Below the pieces are notes generated by a model. It was given only the letters and a program-made list of their open reading frames with translations, made no database searches and was not told the origin of the DNA. DNA of 64,000 nt from Tieghemostelium lacteum (taxonomy: Eukaryota): contig LODT01000042.1 in NCBI GenBank assembly GCA_001606155.1, forward strand, positions 207,758 through 271,757, given 5' to 3'. Positions 11,870-23,100 of this stretch are shown here, in pieces. The translations under genes were made by a program, and so were the position numbers. Every line of letters begins with the position of its first letter. Positions within the stretch are counted from its first letter, which is position 1.

Positions 11870-12570
11870 TTAGTCATCCAATATAAAACATCTTGAAATG
11901 ATATCATTTACAACCCACTCAATACCTTCTTCTAAACCTTTACCTGTAACAGCACTACAACCTTTAATAGTCCAATGATGCGTACTCAATGATTCCAAAT
12001 CTAAATTCTAGAGATTATATATACAATAACTTTGTTAATTTTCAATAATGCATCTACTTTCATATGAGTTTCTTCTCTTTCCTCTTACCTTTGATATCTC
12101 ATCAGTGGTTAATGAACCATCTAAATCTTGTTTGTTTGCAAATATTAAAAATGAAGCACCAGCTAATTTCTCCTCTTCTAAAAGTTTCTTTAATTCTAAT
12201 TTACAATCTTCTATTCTCCTTATATCTGAACTATCTATAACCCATATTACTGCATCATTCTCTTCATAATAGTTCCTCCAATAGGATCTCAATGCTTTTT
12301 GACCTCCTATATCCCATATATTTAATTTATATCCTGCATATGTTAATGTCTGTATATTAAAACCCAGTGTCGGACTAATGGTAGTTATATCTTCATCATT
12401 AAACTTCTTTAGAATTGTAGTTTTTCCTGCATTATCTAAACCTCTATTAAACATTATTATTAGACCACAATATATAGAATCGTTAATATTCACAAAAAAA
12501 CATACAATATCAGTAATCTAAGTTCCTTTTCTTTTTGTTTTAATTTTTTTAATACAGTTAATAGACCCAT
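11870..12570 (-). CDS. arl2: ADP-ribosylation factor-like GTPase ARL2; 3 exons 12506..12570, 12089..12443, 11870..12007
   Basis: Exon 1 reads [21 protein letters not shown]. It joins via GTATGT...AATAG (phase 2) to [74 protein letters not shown]...[27 protein letters not shown] donor and CTAG acceptor then lead to [45 protein letters not shown]. Near-colinear with human ARL2 (184 aa). Confidence 0.9.
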
Positions 12571-12998
12571 TTCAATAAAAATGAAAATACAAAAATAAAA
12601 TGACAATCATTAACTAAAAAAAGGATGTAGAGGTTTTAATTATTCATTATTTTTTTATTGTCTATACATTATTACTTATTTAAATACCCTTAAAGAGAGA
12701 ATTAAAAATATTTAAGATGTTGAAAAAGAGGATTGTTGTTGGGGTTGAGTTGGTTGATGTAGTTGTGTGACATTTGAAATATGATATATATTGTTGTTTT
12801 GGTGGTTGTTGTTGTTGTTAATAACTTATTGTATATAGGTGGGTAGAAGGTGAGGTATATTACTGGTGAAGTGATGTATTGGTGAGGTGAGCGATTGTTT
12901 GAATAGTTTTAAAATAGATTAATCTAGAATTTAAAATAGTAGTACTTTTTTGAATTGATTGGTTGTTTTTTTCCACAATATTATTATTATAATAGGTA

Positions 12999-14280
12999 TT
13001 ATTTAACAAAAGCTTCAGAAACATCTTTTAATAAAGCGACTCTAGTACGTGATAATTTTACACCCAAGATTGGAGCTGAATAAGAAGCCTTTTCTGCATT
13101 TAGTAGTTTTGCATAAAAGAAATCTTTAAAAGCTTGATTTTTCTTAAAGAGACCATTTTGAGGCATTGGTGGTCCAAATTGAGGTACAGTGTCTTTAGAA
13201 ACGACTGAAAGACGATAGTATCTCTGACCTGGATCAGATTCCAGAGTAGTGGCTTTAACCAATAAGACTACATGAACCTGACGAGAAGATATAGTGGTAG
13301 GTCGATAGATGGTATCACCATCTTGAAAAACTATAACAACAATGTCATTACCAATGTGTCTCTTTCTCTCTAGTTGTTGTTTATCCTTTTCGTTAAAAGG
13401 TAACATACAACTGACATGATACATCACCTCGTTGTTATTCCAACGTTGGTATATAGAATGGCTACCTGTTGTACCTGTTCTCACATCTAAACCTGCTCTG
13501 AATTGTGTCCAACCATTGAGAGGTACTCTCTCTCCAATGAAATCTAGAAATTCTTCAAATTCCGGACTGGTGTGTATATTGGAAAACATCTCATCCTCCT
13601 TGTTTTGTCCCTCCTGTGCATATAAAATTCCAAATTTAAATCCTTTGATTGTTTGCTTTTCCTCTAAATTCAATAGAGCCTGTGGGAGTCTTGGTTCTGT
13701 AACTAGTTTTAATCCACTGTAATTTGGTGCTACAGATTTCAATACATCAAATGGTGATGGTCCTGTTCTAAATAATCTTCTCCACCATGATGCTTTAATA
13801 TTTTCAACTGGTATTTTTATTCTTTGATTACCCTAAAAATATTAAAAAAAAAATAAATATATAAGTACATAGATTTTCTTTGAATAAACTCCCTACCCAT
13901 GTTCTTCCATCCTATTGTGTCACTTCTTATTTGTGTGGGTGTGTTGCTTTTTTGTTGGGAAAAAAAAAAAAAAATAGAGAGAAGATGGATAGGAGGAGTG
14001 TCTATAATGAGAAACCTACTGTTGATGTTCTAATGAGAGCTAAAAAGTTTTTACCACTCTTTTCCTGAACAATACTGATTCCAATTGGACCATTGGGAGC
14101 AGTTGGAATGGATAAAAAATTTAAATGTTCCTGGTTTAAAAAGTTGTCTCTATAGTAGATTGAATCATTATCTGAGAGATCAAATACATCATCCAAGAGA
14201 TTTGGTATATTACAATCGAATAATTGAGGCTGTCCATCCCCTAATCCCTCAATATTGTATCCAACTGCTGGTGCAATCAT
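12999..14280 (-). CDS. Rap GTPase-activating protein (RapGAP domain); exons 14020..14280 and 12999..13832
   Basis: Exon 1 (ORF 14002..14280) reads ...YRDNFLNQEHLNFLSIP...LALIRTST. GTAGGT donor, 187-nt T-rich intron, TTTTAG acceptor. Exon 2 contains the RapGAP core: GFKFGILYAQEGQ..EDEMFSN..SPEFEEFLDFIGERV.L.GW..FRAGLD..GTTG.HSIY..WNNNEVMYHVSCMLPF...QQLERKRHIGNDIVVIVFQDGD (compare Rap1GAP FKFGVIYQKLGQTSEEELF...RKRHIGNDIVAVVFQDE). Confidence 0.85.
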
Positions 14281-15760
14281 ATTCTGCTATACTATTATAT
14301 ATAACCTTGAAAATACAGTGTAAAGCAAAATTTTTAAAAAAATAAAAAAACTTTTTGATGTACTTTTTTTTTTTTTTTTCAAATACTTTGCAGCAATTAT
14401 TTGAATATAACTAAATTTTTTTTTTTTGCTTTGGCTATATCAAGATATATTTGTAATATTACACAACCTGTTTAGTGGATATAAACAAAGTTAATTAATG
14501 ATACTTTCTTGTAATTAATAAAAAAACAAAAGGAAAAAAACATTACAAAATTTTTAATCTATTTTTGAAGATTTTTTTTTTTTTTGTCGTTGTTGTTTGA
14601 AACTTAATCAAATCTAAAAATTTGTTGAAAAGTTGTGATGATGCACGATTATAAATAAACAGAGATAAAATCCTTAAATCTTTGAATCTATAAAACAAAT
14701 GTACAAAGGCTCTCTTTCTATGATATTTAATGAATGTTCAATAAAATTAAAATAGATAGAAATACTTGGTGTGTTTTGTTTTTTTATAAAATTAAATATA
14801 AATAAATTAAACTATTATAATAATTGTGTTTTTACTTTTTGTTGAAATTCTTCTCTTCCTTCACTCTCTTATTAATTTTAGGATTGGAGTTTGCAACTAC
14901 TGCTGTTTTCAATTTAGTAATTATAATAACAATATAAAATTTTGAATCTTTAGCATAAAGTAAAGTAAAGTAAAAAAAATAAAAACTATAACCAAACACA
15001 AAACAACAACAACATAATAATATGTATATATAACAAAAAAAATTAATTCAAAATAAATCAGTAAATAATCATAACAGATACATGTAATTATATGAATAAT
15101 TTTTTTAAAAAAATTTTAAACAATTAAATACCCCACCCACACCTCCAACACACTATTTCCATCACATTATATATTTTTCGATGTGAAAATTTACTGAGTT
15201 TAGATAAACTGTGATAGGGATTGTCCCCTTATTAGATATTAAAAGATTTCAAAATCAAATGAATTTAATTTTTAATTTCGATGCAATTTCAAGATTAGAT
15301 TCAATATTTCAATCTCCACTAGTGTCTCTGTGTGTGAAATATATGAGTATTCTCATTGCTATTATGTAATATCAGATTTTAAATTATATTAAAAATACAC
15401 TATAGAGATACAATCATTAATGATAATCTCCAAACTAATAATCACAAGTGAGACCCATAAATACTATCGAAATCAAAATTAATTTTTCCGAAATTTGAGT
15501 TTACTACATTTTTTTTCTTTAGGTCAATGGAGAATGAAGAGTTGAGATCTCTTTTATTTATTGCACTACAAATTTTGCAATAGATTATAAAGAAAAATGA
15601 CTTTTCTTTGTCATTATAAAAAAATCTGACTCCACCTCACTTTAAAGTGTCAAAGAAAGTCAAAAAGAAAAAAATGGAATTCTATTATTACAAAAAGATA
15701 GGATGATTGTAGGGTGTGGGAGTTTTGGGTTGTTGTGTTTTTTTTTAGTTTAGGAATTCT

Positions 15761-17251
15761 TTAGAATTGAATTTGTGATAATAGTACAACAATTTCATCA
15801 ATAACAGGTATAAGATGACCATCTGTAATCTTTTGTCCATTATTTTGGAGGATTGAAAAGAAGATGATAGGTTGATTGGCTGGTGGATCTTGAAGGTTTT
15901 GTGAAATGAGACCAGAGAGAGAGTTGACACCCATCATCGACCCTGTTTTTGCGTGTACTACACCTTGGGCTGGTGTGCCTATGAATCTGTCGGAGAGGGT
16001 ACCTGAGACACCACCAACAGGTAGATAGGAAAGGTAGTCGTGGTCAGGGTCACCAGCATTAAAGTAAATGGATTCAATAAGTTCAATGAATGCTTGAGGT
16101 GTGAAATAGTTGATTCTACTGAGTCCTGATCCATCAGCTTGATCAAAGTAGTCAGTGTTGATATTGAGAATTTCAACAATCGAATAGAGACCTTTAAGCC
16201 ATGTTTGTGTTCCTTCTGGATAGGAGTTGTAATTGTTGCTTCCGAGAAGTCTGAGGAAGGTTTCAGCATAGAGGTTATCAGAGTTCAATAGAGTGTAGTT
16301 TAACATCTCGGAAAGTGGTGGTGAGATGGTTACGTAAGATCGGTTTTCAGTGGTGTTACACAGACCATAGGCATACTCGTTAACGTATAAACCTTGCTCT
16401 TTCAACATTGCACCAAAAACTGTGAAAAAGTATTGGTCTGGGTCGAGAATGGGTATTTGGAATATATACTCACCGTCAACTCTGTAAGGAAGGTTTCCAT
16501 TAATATACACAACACCACTTGTCATTCTGAAACTCAGAGAAATGGTGTTATTTGAGCTCTCATCTGTTGTGACTGCATTGTTTACGTAGGTTAGATAGGT
16601 CTCTTCACCTGGGTTTTGGAAGCTTACAGTAGGTGCTTGTCCTAGATTTGGAGAAGGTGTCAATATGATATTAATGGTGTTCTCATTGATTATCAATGGG
16701 GTGGGAAGAGCACCGTAGGTTGATGTCAAATCTTCAAACATCCAAGTAGTGGGGATATTAAAGTTGTCATCGACGTAGAATGATGTATCTAAAATCAAAG
16801 ATCCAACTGAAGCTGCTTTTGAGAAAAACTGTGCAGCATTTGCAAGCTGCTGAGTGGTGATGGATGGGTCACCAAGTCCTTTCACACATATGTGATCCAA
16901 TTCAACCCCAGGCACAAATAATTCCTGGGTGTAAAATGGTGTCTCTATTGTATAGTCTTCTCCAAAGGTATAGAATATCGATGAGGTTGTAAATAGTTTA
17001 GTGTTACTAGCAGGTGTAAACATTTGATTTTCATTGAAATTGTATATATTCACAGGACCTCCGTTTCCAGAAGGATTATAGATATCTATAACCAAACCCC
17101 ATTCAACACCATAGCAATCATAGTTTGAACAATTGCTCAATATCCCATTAATAAGTGATGGAATCTCACTTGGTGAATAGGATTCTGATTGAACTAATCC
17201 TACTGCTACTAGTACCAATACTATCACCCAAACTTTAAAAATATTCTTCAT
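15761..17251 (-). CDS. Secreted D-alanyl-D-alanine carboxypeptidase/endopeptidase, peptidase S13 (PBP4/DacB-like), bacterial-type, intronless
   Basis: 496-aa uninterrupted ORF. N-terminal signal peptide MKNIFKVWVIVLVLVAVGLVQS. All three PBP active-site motifs are present in order: SxxK (PASNTKLFTT), SDN (LLNSDNLYAETF), KTG (VHAKTGSMMGVNS). Many NxS/T sequons. Flanked by intron-containing eukaryotic genes. Confidence 0.85.
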   Translation of the reverse strand: MKNIFKVWVIVLVLVAVGLVQSESYSPSEIPSLINGILSNCSNYDCYGVEWGLVIDIYNPSGNGGPVNIYNFNENQMFTPASNTKLFTTSSIFYTFGEDYTIETPFYTQELFVPGVELDHICVKGLGDPSITTQQLANAAQFFSKAASVGSLILDTSFYVDDNFNIPTTWMFEDLTSTYGALPTPLIINENTINIILTPSPNLGQAPTVSFQNPGEETYLTYVNNAVTTDESSNNTISLSFRMTSGVVYINGNLPYRVDGEYIFQIPILDPDQYFFTVFGAMLKEQGLYVNEYAYGLCNTTENRSYVTISPPLSEMLNYTLLNSDNLYAETFLRLLGSNNYNSYPEGTQTWLKGLYSIVEILNINTDYFDQADGSGLSRINYFTPQAFIELIESIYFNAGDPDHDYLSYLPVGGVSGTLSDRFIGTPAQGVVHAKTGSMMGVNSLSGLISQNLQDPPANQPIIFFSILQNNGQKITDGHLIPVIDEIVVLLSQIQF

Positions 17252-17706
17252 TATATAACCTAATTTTTTTTTTTCCTATATTTTCTGTTGATTCGAGTGT
17301 GGGAGTGAGAGAAAGATAAAAACTGAAATCAATTAGTGTTTGAGTTTTTCAGATTGTTTATACAATAAATATAAATAAAAAAAAATTAGATAATTCTTTA
17401 TACTGTAAAATAGGATTTGTAAAAATATCTCAAGTCTTGAAATTTTCTATTCAATTTTCAAAAGATTCTACCCCCATCAAACAGACATTCTATAGACACA
17501 CAAGCGGATTAAAACAACATCTATCAGAGAATCTCATAACTGAATCAGATTAAAATATTCATAATTTTTTTTTTACTTAAAGTAGTAATTAATGTGATTG
17601 GTATTTAAATAAAAAAAACGGAATATATACCTTTTTGATTAGTGGTATATATTTTGATATATAGATCAAACTATGTACAAAAGTGTTTTTATGGTGTCAT
17701 TTGAAA

Positions 17707-19369
17707 TTACATATTCTTTCTCTTTCTGATTATACCTTGTTTGACCAACATTTCATAAGCAATCTTACTCATAACCTCACCATTCTCATCTTCGTATTCT
17801 TCGTCTCTGTCTGATTTAAATGTTTTTTCATTATTTTGCTTTTTGATTTTAGCCCATAGTTCCAGTGCATCTTTGATCTTTGTAATCTCATGGAAGTGTA
17901 TAGTATTAGGTACACCAATACATGACATACCATATGAATGTCTTGATTCCTATAATTTATAAAATTATTAGTAAACTAGTTGATTATTATAATCAAAAAC
18001 CCCACATAAAAACACACATACCTGAAAATGTTTTTCATAAGTTTTTCTACCCCAGTATGATTGGTTACCACAAATCTCACATTTGTACTCCACACCCAAT
18101 TCATTAAGTTTATAGACCCAATAAGGAATGGGCTTACCAGAAAAGTCAACTGGATAGTTGGCAATCTTAAGTTTAGTAGGTTCATCCACAGTATCCATAT
18201 CATCAATATTGATTTCTTCATCTTCAACAGGTTCTTCCTCGACATTAATCTCAGTGGCACTTCTTGACTGTTTACGTAAAACCATTTCTTTAGTTGCATG
18301 TGTTTGATCAGACAACAATTCACCCAACTTTGATATCTTAAATTCCAAAAATGTAGTTGGTTTCCTCTGTTTCAAATTCAGGTAACTATGACTGTCTCTA
18401 TCCGATGTCATTTTAGTTTGGTTGAGTTTATGTTTCTTTCCTCCTAAATGACCTTTAAAAACACTTTCAGAACTAAACATTTTCCTACATGCCTTACAAT
18501 ACAATGGTGAAGATGTATCACCACCATCTTCATCATCATCTTTCCTATCTCCTTCAGCTTCCATTTTAGGATCATATTCATGTTTATCCCATTTCTCGTT
18601 AAATTCTTTTTCATATCTCTCCAAATTTTGATTTAGATCAAAAAGTGGTTGTGTTCGTTCTAGAAATGATATCAAATACTGATACAATTTCTCTAGATAT
18701 TCTCTATAGACTGGATATTTCATTCTCACTATATTTGCATACTGAAACTCATAAAATTTACTAAGGTAACTTGTATAATCTATTCTGTTTTGTAGAAATG
18801 GTAGATTCAAATATACATCATATATTTCATTTAAATCTAAATATTTTCCAAAATGTTCATTACCTAGAAATGGTACTGTAGCTATCATCCAACCAACTTA
18901 TTAATATCTACATCTATATCATTATCAAAAGTTGTTAACCTAATACATACCATTAAAATATAAAGAGCTATTATTTCTTTGATCTTTTAAATCAGGGTAC
19001 TTTCTATGATACTCTTTAATCTCTTTCAGTTTACCATAAAATGATCCAAATATATCTTTACCTGACATTGATTCTAATTCATTTTTTCTTGATCTATTTA
19101 ATATATATTAATAATGTTAGTTTATATTCATTTACAAGGCTATTCAATATTTAAAGTGTAAATACCTACTCATCATCATCATTGTAGATCTTTTGTAACT
19201 CTTTTGCACAATCAATTGAGGATTCTAAATAATGATTAACTCGGTGATTTTGTAAAATTGTTTCTTTGAAATTTGGAGGTGGTATGTTCATTTCATTTTC
19301 AATTAGTAGTTCATATCTTTCAATATTTTCATGAAGATTTCTGGTTCTTTCTAATAATGTAGATGACAT
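17707..19369 (-). CDS. sf3a3: Splicing factor 3a subunit 3 (SF3a60/PRP9); 4 exons about 19170..19369, 18951..19093, 18022..18896, 17707..17949
   Basis: Exon 1 reads MSSTLLERTRNLHENIERYELL... (SF3A3 N-terminus). Exon 2 reads SRKNELESMSGKDIFGSFYGKLKEIKEYHRKYPDL. Exon 3 contains the matrin-type C2H2 finger YCKACRKMFSSESVFKGHLGGKKH and ...KPIPYWVYKLNELGVEYKCEICGNQSYWGRKTYEKHFQ|GTATGT. The last exon reads ESRHSYGMSCIGVPNTIHFHEITKIKDALELWAKIK (human [36 protein letters not shown]). Confidence 0.85.
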
Positions 19370-19558
19370 TCTGGTTTCAGAAAATAAAATTAAAAAAATT
19401 TTTTTATTGTTGATGTTTCACTTTAGACGTTGTGAATTCATTGTCAACTATTATCATAAATCCCAATCTTCCCACAAACTCTAATTTATAATTTAAGAAC
19501 ATTCATGTTAATATTTAATCAAATCTAAAATAATTATAATTTTGAATTTGATTAGAAA

Positions 19559-20056
19559 ATGAATAAGTTATTTTTCACCTATATAGGAGCATCTTTTGCT
19601 AGTTTGTTTTGGGATATTGCTGTTGTAGTGGATGGAGTAATATTGGGATATTATATATATAAACAACCAGATGAAGATCAACAAACTCTAAAATATAGAG
19701 AAAAGAGAAGAATAAATTTTAGAATTGCCTTGGTTGCTTCAAATGCTTTGGCATGGTATTATGCTAAACCTACCTATGATTTATTGTATCCTTTAGGTGG
19801 TATATCAGGTAGTTTAGTTAGAGGTGTGTTTATGTTCTTTTTATTCCCTTGCTTCTTTGGTACTTTTTGTGATTATCGTGATATAATTAGATATTTTACT
19901 AAAGGAAATTCAAGATTCAATTCAGGTATCATAGATGAACTAGTAGAAGGTAGTCATGAAGCAGTATTAGATTACCAAAGACTATTCTTCTCAATATGTG
20001 GTATAGTTGGTACTACTATCTTATACAATGCAAAGAAATACATTTTTGATAAATAA
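19559..20056 (+). CDS. Hypothetical small multi-pass membrane protein (165 aa), single exon
   Basis: ATG in a good context (aaaATGaat). Three or four hydrophobic segments (ASFASLFWDIAVVVDGVILGYYIY; IALVASNALAWYYA; VRGVFMFFLFPCFFGTF). No recognisable family. Confidence 0.45.
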   Translation: MNKLFFTYIGASFASLFWDIAVVVDGVILGYYIYKQPDEDQQTLKYREKRRINFRIALVASNALAWYYAKPTYDLLYPLGGISGSLVRGVFMFFLFPCFFGTFCDYRDIIRYFTKGNSRFNSGIIDELVEGSHEAVLDYQRLFFSICGIVGTTILYNAKKYIFDK

Positions 20057-20110
20057 ATTAACACAATGTACCACTACTAATTTCAAATAATGCCTTTTTA
20101 TTAATTGCTA

Positions 20111-23100
20111 TTATGATTGTTGTTGTTGTGAAGGTTGTTCCTTTTTACCAGACATTTTCCAATAGAATTCAGCAGATTGTGTATTACCCAATTGATGTAA
20201 CATATTACCATACTCTTTAAAAATGATTTGAGTAAGTTGTTGAAATGTAAAGTCACTTGAGGTACCTTGGTTACTCTCATAGCTTGATATTAAATCACTC
20301 TGTTCAAATACATGATCAAAAGTGTCATTGAATACTGAGTTTTCCAAACCTGCCATCAACAATAATGATGCTATATCATACTGTTGATTCTCATATAACA
20401 AATTTACAACATTTCTAAAATCACCTAGACTTAAGAGTAAAGAAATTGCAAATTGGAAGCTCTTAGATGCTACAGTGCTACAAAGATGTTGTGACTGACT
20501 CTGGGTTCCAATAGAGCTCTTGGACTTGTACAAGAGATTAACTACCCATGCTCTATAGACCACAAGCTGCTCTTCTTCAGATAACTTAATTTTTGCTAGT
20601 TTTGAAGCATCATACCATCTATCAGCAGATTGCAAGTATTTACAGGCATCAAATGACTTTCCAATCATACAAAGGAACTGAACACCTTCGTCTACTTTAC
20701 CAACTGCAATTAGATTCTCAGCAATCAATTTTGTAGTGGATTGATAGTAATCCATGGATATACTCGCACTTATAACTGATGCTTTCAAAGCTCTGTTATA
20801 GAAATCAGGGTTATCAGGTGTGGTGTCAAGTAATAGATTAACAGCTCTAGGTGTACGACCTAGCAATATATTACGTTCAATTAACTTTTTAGACAGCTCT
20901 TGATCGGGTTTCTTCTTTTCGTGGTAGTCTGTTTTCTCCAGTTCCTGGTTTCTAAAAACATTGGAATCTAGTAGTATGTCATAGTACCCTGGTAGGAGGG
21001 ATTCATGGGTATTGGTATTTGCAAGTCCTCCACTAGTTCCTCTGAGTATTGTAGAGTCATTTAAAGATGCATATAAAGATGGTGAATTGGATCCAGATGG
21101 ACTATAACCACTTCCAATACCATCAGTACTGGATTCAAGGGACTGTAGTTGCGAGGCTACTGAAGAAAATACTTGTGAGACTGAAAGTGGATTGGTATTC
21201 ATAGTACTACTAGACAAAGATTGGGTACTTGGATTACTCTGTTGCTGAGATGAACTTAGTGATGGGAAAAATGAAATAGAAGATGACAATGTACTTCCTT
21301 GTTGTGGTATATTATTTGTGTTACTATTGTTATTATTATTTGGGTTGTTTTTAACTGGTGTTGTTGGTGGAGATAATTGTGAAGTTGATGTATTTTGTAG
21401 TTGTGATTTTTGTAGACCAAATCCAAATAAAGAGGATAATGGTTTTTTGAGGAGATTAGAAGCGGAGGAAGATGATGTGGTTGTAGCTGTTGGTTGTGGA
21501 GGTGGGTTATTGAGGATTGGTGATGTTAGAATATTACTACTGGAACTATTTACAGGAGGTGAGTTTATAGTTAGTGGATTGAATGAGAAGCCACCTCCTG
21601 TTGATGATGTGTTACCGCTGGTATATGGTGTGTTTTGAGTGCTGGTGTTGGTACTATTATTGCCACTAATGGGGTTGATAACTGGTGTTGGTTGTTGAGA
21701 TGTTGTAGTAGATGTTGTTGGAACTTGTTCATAGTTTCTAATTGGTACTCCAGGTAGGTTATAATAGATGTTAACCAACTCACTGTTATAGAATATCTGG
21801 TCTGATAAGGAATAGTCAAGTTTCTTTTGTTTTTGGTATTTGGAAAGAGAGTTGATGGCAACTCTCCAAAACTCAATTTCTTTCTGGTCACCAAAGAATT
21901 GTGCGACGACTAATGAACTTTCAGCAGTAGGACGCTGTTCAAGGTCATTGAGGATATTCTCATCTATCAGTGCTAGTAATTTGTTATTTTGTTCCTTTAA
22001 TGAGCCTTCTTGAGATTTGTTTAGTTGAGAGGAAGTCAATGAAGAGTTATTAAACAATCTGTAATTGAGTAACAGGTTTTTCAATTGTGTACATTGGTCA
22101 ACTGGCAAAAGAAGTGGGGAATAGAGGTAATTGGTACCGTCTGGTGTCTGAGGGTATGGTTGGAACTGGTATCTACTGTTGGTCACTGATAGTGATTGAT
22201 CTAGAATTCTTATAGATTGGTCATTGGTTACTATGATTGGGTGTTGGTCTTGTGCCCATTCGAGATCCGCAGCTTTGATTTCACGTTCCATTAAATAGGT
22301 GCTTAAAGTGAGACGTTGGTTGAGGTTGAGGTCCCATATTCCAAACTCTCCACTTTGGAACATGACAAGAATCTCTGAACTTGATGCGGAGGGGCTAAAC
22401 CTAATCTTCTTAATAGGACCTCTGTGGGTGGATATAGAATGCAGTTTCTTCTTTACAAGATTCCATGAGTTTATATTACCATTTTGGTCACCAGAGACTA
22501 GAAACTCTCTTTTATAGGCTAAACATATATGTACCTGGTTACCAAGATCTGCATTGACTTCTTGCAAAGTCACCGAATTTGCCTCGATTGTACATTGCTT
22601 GATAGAGCCATCTTGCAGTAAAAATGTAAATTGTTCTTTTTGTTCATATTTTGTGGAATCTGGTGACAGTTCAACTTCAGAGTCTACCAAAGGTGGCAAC
22701 CACTCTAAACCCACTATATGAGTAAATGGTTTAAATGATCTGAGACATGTGAATTTCTTTGTTTCCCATAACTCAAATGGCCTGTCTTTCATCAACAGCA
22801 CCAAGAATCTTCTGGAATACGATAATCTTATACCCCGTATATATGAAGGTTCAGTGCCAGAAACCTTTCTAAACTCTCTTATTCTTCCAGACCTGAAATC
22901 CACCGATGCTATAAAATTGAGAAAACTATTCTTTTCCTGTTCTTCAAAAGAGTGGCATAGTACACGTCCTGGTGACAACCACTTTATCCCTAGTACTGCT
23001 CTGTTCCATACAAATATCTCTTTTTGAACTTTCAAATTGGACATGTTTATAATCTGTATTGTACCATTACTCGTACCTATTGCAACTAAACATACCATAC

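Noticed and set aside
15761-17251. Possibility that the PBP4-like ORF is bacterial contamination or a mis-assembled prokaryotic fragment
   Set aside because: Its base composition and codon usage match the neighbouring eukaryotic genes. It has a eukaryotic-type signal peptide and abundant N-glycosylation sequons. It is embedded between intron-containing eukaryotic genes on the same strand context. Final proof needs read-level assembly support.
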